A stretch of DNA of 64,000 nt from an uncultured Trueperaceae bacterium (GTDB lineage: Bacteria; Deinococcota; Deinococci; Deinococcales; Trueperaceae): assembly GCA_963727505.1 (NCBI GenBank), contig CAVSGP010000009.1:128001-192000 (forward strand), read 5' to 3'. The notes beneath the pieces were generated by a model. It searched no databases. It was not told the origin of the DNA and saw nothing but the letters and a program-made list of their open reading frames with translations. Shown piece after piece: positions 53,587 to 64,000 of this stretch. Each line of letters begins with the position of its first letter. Position 1 is the first letter of the stretch. The translations under genes were made by a program, and so were the position numbers.

Positions 53587-54722
53587 GGGACCTCGACGAG
53601 GATACGGGCGCCCCCGGCCGCGCGGTTCTCGAGTCGTAGCGCGCCCCCTGCGGCGGCGGCGCGGTCGCGCATTCCTGCCAGCCCGAAACCCCGGCCGATG
53701 CAGGCCGAGGGGTCGCTACCGAAGCCGACGCCATCGTCCTCGACCTCCAGGCGCAGGTGCGGCCCGGAGGCGGTGAGCCGCAGCCACAGGCTCTCGCCAT
53801 CCCCGTGCCGGAGGCTGTTGTGTACGGCCTCCTGGGCGATACGGTAGAGGGCCTCCCCCACCTCCGGGGGCGGCTCGAGCTCCACGGCCTCGAGGTGCAC
53901 CCGCTTCGCGGCGCGGGTGCGGTGGGCCAGCCGCGCGAGCGCGGCGTGGAGCCCGGCCGACAGGTCCGCCGGCCGCATCACCTCGACCAGCGAGCGCAGC
54001 TCGCCGAGCGCCGCACGAACCGCCTCACCGGCGTCCTCGACAGCGACCCGGCGGCGGTCGGCTTCGGGATGCCGGGCCGCGACGTTCAGCGACAGGTCGG
54101 CGGCGAACAGCAGCTGCGCCAACGAGTCGTGCATGTCCTGGGCGAGACGCTGGCGTTCCTCCAGGGTCGCGGTGTAGCGCGCGTGGCGGGTGCGCTCGTC
54201 GAGCAGGCGCGAGCGCTCGAAGGCCACGGCGAGCTGCCGGCCCACGGCCGATAGGAACGCCAGCGTCTCGTCGTCGAAGCGCTTCTCCCCGGGCGCCGCG
54301 AGGTTGAGGATGCCGACCGGCCCGTGACGTCCCGGCAGCGGCACGCTGGCATGGATCTCGAGACCGCCCTTGTCCCCTTCGGCGTCCCGCAGGCGGCTGC
54401 AGGTGACCATGTTGATGCCGCGGTCGAGCTGCCCTCGTCGCAAGAGCCGCTGGCACTCGCACCCCGCCTCTCGGAGCGGCTCCCGGTCGTCCCGCGCAAG
54501 CGCGGGAGGCACGCCGGTGGAGGCCGCGAGGCGGAAGGTGCCCTGGTGGGTGTCACCCTCGTCGACGTTGGACAGGAAGAGCCAGCAGGTGCTGAGGCCC
54601 ACGCGGGGCAGCAACCGGCGGAGCGCCTCGGGAGCCCCCTCCTCGAAGGTCGGTGCGGCGTTCAACACCTCGCCGATGGCGTTGAAGGTGGCGAGGCGTT
54701 GCAGGCGGGTGGGGGCCTTCAC
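53568..54722 (-). CDS. Soluble GAF + HisKA_3 sensor histidine kinase (YhcY/AirS-like)
   Basis: ERQRLAQDMHDS, YRIAQEAVHNSLRH, DDGVG, GFGLAGMRDR; GAF with CxC, CSRL and HAS; no TM helix. Confidence 0.92.
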   Translation of the reverse strand: MKAPTRLQRLATFNAIGEVLNAAPTFEEGAPEALRRLLPRVGLSTCWLFLSNVDEGDTHQGTFRLAASTGVPPALARDDREPLREAGCECQRLLRRGQLDRGINMVTCSRLRDAEGDKGGLEIHASVPLPGRHGPVGILNLAAPGEKRFDDETLAFLSAVGRQLAVAFERSRLLDERTRHARYTATLEERQRLAQDMHDSLAQLLFAADLSLNVAARHPEADRRRVAVEDAGEAVRAALGELRSLVEVMRPADLSAGLHAALARLAHRTRAAKRVHLEAVELEPPPEVGEALYRIAQEAVHNSLRHGDGESLWLRLTASGPHLRLEVEDDGVGFGSDPSACIGRGFGLAGMRDRAAAAGGALRLENRAAGGARILVEVPWQHAS

Positions 54723-54837
54723 GGGGCGAGTCTATCGTGGCGGCCCCGGGGTGGGAGCGGCTGTCGGACAAGCACCGACGGCGCGTGTCCAGGAGGGACC
54801 GACGACAGTACTGGCCGTAGCGGTCTAGCGTTGAGGT

Positions 54838-56373
54838 ATGGACCCGATGCCGAGGATCGAAGGGGACCGTGCCCGACCGCTCTACGGGCGGGGGGCGGAT
54901 GGTCGGCGAGCGTCCTGGTCTCCTTCGGTCCGCGCCCGGGTCGCGCTGGCGGTCCTGGCCCTGCTCGTGCTCCTGGGCACCCTGAACCCCGGCGCACGCG
55001 CCGCCGGCGCTGACATGGTGCTGTTCTGGGGGGAGGGATGCCCGCATTGCGAAGTGGCAAAGCCCTTCCTGGAGGGGCTGGCGGCCGATGAGCGCGTCAC
55101 GCTGCGCAGCTTCGAGGTGTACGGCGACGAGGCGAATCGCCGGCTCTTCGCAGCCGCCGGTCGCTCGTTCGGCTTCGAGGCCGGCTCGGTGCCCACCATC
55201 CTTGTCGGGGACGAGGTCTACATCGGTTTCTCCGACGCCGTGGCACGACGCGTCGAGGCGCGGGTGGCCGCCTGCCTGGAGCGGGGCTGCCCCGATCCTT
55301 GGCTACGCGTGGCCGAGGCCGCGGGGCTGCCGACAACGACGCCGGCAGCGCCGTCCGCAGCGCCGTCCGCAGCGCCGTCCGCAGCGCCCGCCCTCCCGCC
55401 GGCCGGCGGATCGGGCGCCGCCATGACCCCGGCCGGGCTCGAACCGCTCAGGCTGCCACTCATCGGCCCGGTCACGCTGGCGGGCCGCTCGGAGCTGGCG
55501 ACGACCGCCCTGATCGCTTTCGTCGACGGCTTCAACCCGTGCTCGCTGTGGGTGCTGTCGCTGCTGCTGGCCGTGGTGATCAACACCCGCTCGCGCCGCA
55601 AGGTGCTGCTCGTCGGCACGACCTTCCTGGTGGTCGCCGCGGGTGTGTACGCCCTGCTTCTGGCGGGGCTGGTCAATCTGCTGGCCCTGGTGTCGGTGCT
55701 GCCCTGGGTGCGCGTCGGCGTCGCCCTGATCGCGCTGGCCTTCGCGCTCGTCAACCTCAAGGACTACTTCTGGTGGGGTCGCGGCCCCTCTCTGACCATC
55801 CCGGAATCGAGCAAGCCCGGCATCTACCGGGGCATCCGGGGGGTGATGGCGCGCGAACGCAGCACCGCAGCCATGCTCGGCGCCACCGCCGCCATGGCGG
55901 CCGGCGTGACGCTCTTCGAACTGCCCTGCACGGTGGGCTTCCCCATGGTGTGGGCCGGCTTGATCGCGCAGTGGAAGCCGGGCGCGGCGGCGTTCGGGGG
56001 GCTGCTGCTGGTCTACCTGTTGGTGTTCCTCATCGACGAGCTGGTGCTGTTCGGCGCCGCGGTGGCGACGCTGCGTGTGACGCGCCTGGAGGAACGGCAG
56101 GGCCGGCTGCTCAAGCTGGTGGGCGGCATGGTGATGCTGTTCCTGGCCGCGGTCATGGTGCTGAGGCCCGACTGGATGAACGAGCTGTTGCCCGCAACGC
56201 TGGTGGTGGTGTCGGCGCTGCTGGCGGCCGGCGTCGTCCACCTGCTGGTCCGTCTGGCCGGGCGGCGTGGCGGGATGCCGCGGGGCGCCGCTACAACGGG
56301 GCCGGATCGTCGAAGTCCGGATCGCGCTTCGAGCGCAACGAAGCCACGCCCTCCCGTACGTCGGGGCCGGTGA
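54838..56373 (+). CDS. Thioredoxin/glutaredoxin domain fused to CcdA/DsbD-like membrane domain
   Basis: GCPHC, SVP; membrane DGFNPC and ELPCT cysteines; (APSA)3 linker. Confidence 0.87.
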   Translation: MDPMPRIEGDRARPLYGRGADGRRASWSPSVRARVALAVLALLVLLGTLNPGARAAGADMVLFWGEGCPHCEVAKPFLEGLAADERVTLRSFEVYGDEANRRLFAAAGRSFGFEAGSVPTILVGDEVYIGFSDAVARRVEARVAACLERGCPDPWLRVAEAAGLPTTTPAAPSAAPSAAPSAAPALPPAGGSGAAMTPAGLEPLRLPLIGPVTLAGRSELATTALIAFVDGFNPCSLWVLSLLLAVVINTRSRRKVLLVGTTFLVVAAGVYALLLAGLVNLLALVSVLPWVRVGVALIALAFALVNLKDYFWWGRGPSLTIPESSKPGIYRGIRGVMARERSTAAMLGATAAMAAGVTLFELPCTVGFPMVWAGLIAQWKPGAAAFGGLLLVYLLVFLIDELVLFGAAVATLRVTRLEERQGRLLKLVGGMVMLFLAAVMVLRPDWMNELLPATLVVVSALLAAGVVHLLVRLAGRRGGMPRGAATTGPDRRSPDRASSATKPRPPVRRGR

Positions 56374-57094
56374 AGCCCAGGAACTCGAGGGCGAGGCTCG
56401 TGTCGAAGGTGGGCCCCGCCAGCCGGTACCAGTTGTTCAGCGCGTACTTGGTCCAGCGCACAGCGCTGGCGCTGCCGGCGCGCAGGCGGCGTGCCACCGC
56501 CATCGCAGACTCGTCGAGCTCGGAGGCGTCGACGCACAGGCTGACGAGCCCGAGCCGCTCGGCCTCCTCGCCGGACATCGGCTCGCACGTCAGCAGGTAG
56601 TACTTCGCCTTCGCCATCCCGATCAGCAGGGGCCACACCGCGGCGGCGTGATCACCGGCCGCCACCCCCAGGCGTGTGTGCCCGTCGATGATGCGGGCGT
56701 CGCGCGCGGCGATCGACACGTCCGCAAGCAGGCCGGCCACCAGGCCGGCCCCCACGGCCGGGCCGTGGAGGGCGGAGACCACCGGCTTGCTGCAGTCGAT
56801 GAGGTTGCGAACCAGGTCGCGCGCCTCCTTCCAGACCCGCACCCGCGTGCTCCAGTCGTCGGCGATGCGCTCGACCATGTCCAGATCGCCCCCCGCTGAG
56901 AACCCCGCGCCGGCGCCGCGCAGGACGGCGACGTCGACGTCGTCGGCGGCGTCGACGTCGCGCCAGATCTCGACCAGCTCGCGATGCATCGTCTCGTCGG
57001 CGGCGTTGAGCCGTTCCGGGCGGTTCATGGTGATGAGGAGGATGCCCTCCTCGGGCCGCGTCACCTGCAGGCGTTGGTATCGATCGAAGGACAT
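56291..57094 (-). CDS. Enoyl-CoA hydratase/isomerase family protein
   Basis: [33 protein letters not shown]. Confidence 0.93.
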   Translation of the reverse strand: MSFDRYQRLQVTRPEEGILLITMNRPERLNAADETMHRELVEIWRDVDAADDVDVAVLRGAGAGFSAGGDLDMVERIADDWSTRVRVWKEARDLVRNLIDCSKPVVSALHGPAVGAGLVAGLLADVSIAARDARIIDGHTRLGVAAGDHAAAVWPLLIGMAKAKYYLLTCEPMSGEEAERLGLVSLCVDASELDESAMAVARRLRAGSASAVRWTKYALNNWYRLAGPTFDTSLALEFLGFTGPDVREGVASLRSKRDPDFDDPAPL

Positions 57095-57157
57095 GGTCCC
57101 CCTCCCGTCGTTGGAGCTTGCTTCCAGGCTACCCGCGACGGCGCTGGCTGCGCGGCC

Positions 57158-57436
57158 TCAGAAGTCGGACTCGTCGCGCCGGGGATCCGATCGCAGGAAG
57201 CGCTCGAACGCGTCGTCGTTGCTGCTCGTATGGCGGGTCACCCGGGCCTTGGCCCCGCGGACGTCGTCGTTGCTGGGGCGCGTGGCGGCATCGGGTGGGG
57301 GCTCTCGATGCTCGCGTACGGCGGGGGCGGGTGTGGCGCCGCCGTGGTCGTTCAGGGTGAGTGCGGCCCAGATCGCTAGGCTCGCCGCGATCACCAGCAG
57401 GAATCCGAGGAGGAGCATGACCACGAGTGCCGACAC
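57158..57436 (-). CDS. Small single-TM hypothetical protein
   Basis: N-terminal TM helix, C-terminal DDAFERFL; GTG 6 nt after TATCCT. Confidence 0.6.
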   Translation of the reverse strand: MSALVVMLLLGFLLVIAASLAIWAALTLNDHGGATPAPAVREHREPPPDAATRPSNDDVRGAKARVTRHTSSNDDAFERFLRSDPRRDESDF

Positions 57437-57496
57437 CCCCCCAGGATAGTCCAGCGCTTCATGCAAGGACAACGCGCGGCGGCGCGGGGGCCTCGC

Positions 57497-58513
57497 TCAG
57501 GCGTCCTCGGGTTGCTCCTGCAGGAGGCGGCAGAGGAGATCGTCGTCGATGTTCCCGCCGGAGATCACCAGCACGGTGGGGCCGGTGGCGAGGCTAGGTC
57601 CGTCGCCGGAGCCAGCCAGGAGGCGTTCGAGCGCGGCCAGCGTCAACGCTCCGGTCGGCTCGACCACGAGCCGGGCGCGGCGCGGGTACCAGGCGGCGGC
57701 CCGGCGGATCTCGACCTCGCGCACCGTTTGAACGCCGGCCAGGTGACGGTGCAGGATGCGGAAGTTGAGCTCGCCGATGCTCTGCGTGCGCACCCCGTCG
57801 GCCACCGTGCGGGTCACGTCCTCGGCGGGCCAGGCGATGCGTTCGCCCGCCAGCAGCGAAGCGTGGGCGTCGGCCGCGAGCTCTGGTTCGACCCCGATGA
57901 CGCGCGCGCCGGGGGCGCGCTGCGCCAGTGCCAGCGCCACACCGGCCGACAGGCCCCCGCCGCCGATCGGTACCAGCACGTTGGCAACGTCCGGGAGGTC
58001 CTCGGCGATCTCGAGGCCGACGGTGCCCTGGCCGGCCACGATCCAGGGGTGGTCGTAGGGGGGCACCAACGTTGCGCCCGAGGCCCGGGCGATCTCCTCC
58101 GCCGTCTCGTGCCGGGAGGCCTGCGTGTTCGCACAACGCACCACCTCGGCCCCGAGCGCGCGGGTGCCCTCGACCTTGACGCGGGGTGCGCCCTCGGGGA
58201 TCACGATGGTGGCGCTCACCCCGAAATGGCGCGCCGCGAACGCCACCCCTTGTGCATGGTTCCCGCTGGAGTGCGTCACGACCCCGCGCGCGCGGACCTT
58301 CTCGGGCAGCGAGGCGAGGAAGTTCAGCGCGCCCCGCAGTTTGAACGATCCGGTGCGCTGCAGGTTCTCCGGCTTGGCGTACACAGCGCCCCCGCCCGGC
58401 CCCTGGGCGTCGAGTCGGAGCAGGGGCGTACGCAGTGCGGCGCGCGCGACGTGGTCCTGGGCGCGCTCGAGATCGGCGAGGGTGGGGAACACAGGGGTCG
58501 CGTCGGGGCTCAT
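57497..58513 (-). CDS. Threonine/serine dehydratase family PLP enzyme
   Basis: KPENLQRTGSFKLRGA, SSGNHAQGVA, AGQGT, GGGGL, EPTGA, SGGN. Confidence 0.93.
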   Translation of the reverse strand: MSPDATPVFPTLADLERAQDHVARAALRTPLLRLDAQGPGGGAVYAKPENLQRTGSFKLRGALNFLASLPEKVRARGVVTHSSGNHAQGVAFAARHFGVSATIVIPEGAPRVKVEGTRALGAEVVRCANTQASRHETAEEIARASGATLVPPYDHPWIVAGQGTVGLEIAEDLPDVANVLVPIGGGGLSAGVALALAQRAPGARVIGVEPELAADAHASLLAGERIAWPAEDVTRTVADGVRTQSIGELNFRILHRHLAGVQTVREVEIRRAAAWYPRRARLVVEPTGALTLAALERLLAGSGDGPSLATGPTVLVISGGNIDDDLLCRLLQEQPEDA

Positions 58514-58627
58514 CCCATCAGTCTGCCACGGGCACGGCCGCGGGGGCGCTTCGGGCGCCGAATACACGCCTTCGCGGGCGATCGGGTGCGCTGAACGTCG
58601 GCCATGACGTCGCAACGGTGCATGGTC

Positions 58628-58656
58628 TTGACGAATCCCGCATAACTGCGTATAAT
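58628..58656 (+). promoter_or_regulatory. Near-consensus sigma-70 promoter with no downstream sense CDS
   Basis: TTGACG-N17-TATAAT. Confidence 0.8.
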
Positions 58657-58662
58657 GCATTC

Positions 58663-58705
58663 ACATTAAGAGAACGGCGGGCGCCCGAGAGGCGCCTTCT
58701 TCTTT
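58663..58705 (+). ncRNA. Candidate small RNA
   Basis: Lies between the consensus promoter and the hairpin GGCGCC-CGAGA-GGCGCC-TTCTCTTT. Confidence 0.5.
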
Positions 58706-58759
58706 GGTCTGCGATCTGGTCTGCGAGGCCCGTGCAGGCGTGTCGATCAGGCGTGAGGA

Positions 58760-59728
58760 TCAGCCGTCGTGCTGGGCCAGGAAGGCCTCGAGCTCGTCGC
58801 GCGAAGGGAGTGCCGGGATGGCGCCCCGCCGCGTGGTCGTGAGCGCCGCGTAGGCGTTTGCGCGCCGCAGCGCGGCAACGAGTGCGTCTCGCGTCTTCTC
58901 CAGGCCGTCATTCTGCAACACGCTGGCGAGCAGCGCCGCGGTGAAGGCGTCGCCCGCGCCGGTGGTGTCGACGGTATCGACCCGGAAGCCGGCCACCTCC
59001 CCTTCGCCCTGACGCGTGAGGTACCAGGCGCCCGCGTCGCCGCGCGTGACCACCAACAACCGTAGCGCCTCGTGGCGGAGCGTCCGCGCCGCCGCCATGT
59101 CGCGCGCGCCGGTGAGGAACTCGAGCTCGTCCTCGCTGATCTTCACGACCTGGGCACGCCGCCACACGCTCCGGATGCCCTCCCGCGCGGCATCCGGCGA
59201 CGGCCACAGCGGAAGCCGCAGGTTGGCGTCGTACGACACCCAGAGTCCGTGCTCCGCCGCCAGGTCGAGCGCGCGCAGCGTGGCGCTGCGCGAGGTCTCC
59301 TGGATGAGGCTGATGCTTCCCACATGCAACATCGAGGCGCCCGCCACGTAGGCCTCGCTCACCTCTTCGGGACGATGCCGCATGTCCGCGCTCGGGTGCC
59401 GGTAGAACAGGAAGTCGCGTTCACCCGAGCTCGTGAGCGACACGAAGGCGAGCGCGGTGCGCGCCTGCGGGTCGAAGCCGACCTGGCTGACGTCCACCCC
59501 GTTGTCGCCGAGGACGCCGGTCAGGAAGTGCCCGAAGGGATCGTCGCCGACCTTCCCCATGAACCCCGTGTCGATGCCCAGCCGCGCGAGCCCCACGGCC
59601 ACGTTGGCGGGTGCGCCGCCGGGGGCCTTGATGAACGCCCGCGCGTCGGCCAGCGAACGGCCGTTCTCCTCGGGCACGAAGTCGATGAGCAGCTCTCCCA
59701 GGGCGATGGCCTGCGGTGAAGCGGTCAT
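58760..59728 (-). CDS. PfkB family carbohydrate kinase (fructokinase-like)
   Basis: GELLIDF, GGAPANVA, GKVGDDPFG, DANLR, DTTGAGDAF. Confidence 0.94.
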   Translation of the reverse strand: MTASPQAIALGELLIDFVPEENGRSLADARAFIKAPGGAPANVAVGLARLGIDTGFMGKVGDDPFGHFLTGVLGDNGVDVSQVGFDPQARTALAFVSLTSSGERDFLFYRHPSADMRHRPEEVSEAYVAGASMLHVGSISLIQETSRSATLRALDLAAEHGLWVSYDANLRLPLWPSPDAAREGIRSVWRRAQVVKISEDELEFLTGARDMAAARTLRHEALRLLVVTRGDAGAWYLTRQGEGEVAGFRVDTVDTTGAGDAFTAALLASVLQNDGLEKTRDALVAALRRANAYAALTTTRRGAIPALPSRDELEAFLAQHDG

Positions 59729-60030
59729 GGCGCAAGGGTACCGCAGCCCGCCGCGTGCCTCCCACACGGAGGGGCGCGGCGTCGTGTGGGAGGGGCCCTT
59801 CGCGGGGACCCCGTGTTACAACGGAGGGCGCATGAAGGAGGTCCCGTGCGCGGTGGAGGCGCCCCTGCTCGCCGCGCGAACCGACCATGCCTAGGCACGA
59901 TCCTTCGCCGGCAGCCCCCCGGGCAGCCGGCACCCGTCCCCCACGGCCATGTTCACGCGAGGATCGCTGCGCGTTCCTTCGGGCGCGGAGCCGTCGCGCC
60001 GGTCCGCGGCTGCGGCGAGGCGGGGACAAA

Positions 60031-60101
60031 GAGGACAGGGGCCGAAAAGGATGGGGGCCGTAGAAGATGGGGCCGATGCGAAGAGGATGGGGGCCGATGC
60101 G
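60031..60101. repeat. Imperfect (A/G)GATGGGG(G)CCG tandem repeat upstream of sucA
   Basis: Four related copies in about 70 bp. Confidence 0.65.
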
Positions 60102-60119
60102 GCGCGCCGGAGTGAGGCC

Positions 60120-62921
<2,802 letters not shown>

Positions 62922-62952
62922 AGAGCCCCGGCACCGTGAGGAGCGATACGTC

Positions 62953-64000
<1,048 letters not shown>

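Noticed and set aside
56291..56373. 83-bp convergent overlap between the Trx-CcdA fusion and the enoyl-CoA hydratase
   Set aside because: The overlapping tail is low-complexity and most likely a neutral stop-codon shift.
58634..58654. DdrO/RDRM radiation-response operator in the orphan promoter
   Set aside because: Palindrome spacing and flanks do not fit the 17-bp RDRM pattern.

Overview
High-GC chromosomal window from a Deinococcota bacterium, probably Trueperaceae-like. This is inferred from 16S signatures, an unlinked 16S gene, the lptB-DUF3084 pair, an AbxC-type bacilliredoxin and pervasive leaderless genes. Most of it is housekeeping: crtI, a lysA-like gene, mtnN, aceEF, metF/metH, gpsA, tmk, dppABC, his genes, glpX, murI-rph-rdgB, tRNA-Ser and sucAB. 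I found no transposase, integrase, prophage or CRISPR array. The most striking unannotated structure is at 17.14-17.54 kb (minus strand): two complete c-di-GMP-II riboswitch aptamers in tandem. The first appears wired to a terminator/antiterminator and the second to an RBS/start-codon-sequestering hairpin, giving a predicted two-level OFF switch over an orphan secreted pilin-like protein. Other candidates are: an AirS/YhcY-like Cys-GAF two-component system beside a small-protein/SDR/divergent-QueA/MBL operon with a NarL-type palindrome; an orphan consensus sigma-70 promoter driving a likely ~45-nt sRNA; a CIRCE-preceded Cys-less FmdB/Ruc-like protein; a CsoR-type operator; a duplicated 16S promoter-leader module; and a catalytically dead gluzincin. 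All assignments come from reading motifs by eye; no database searches were run.
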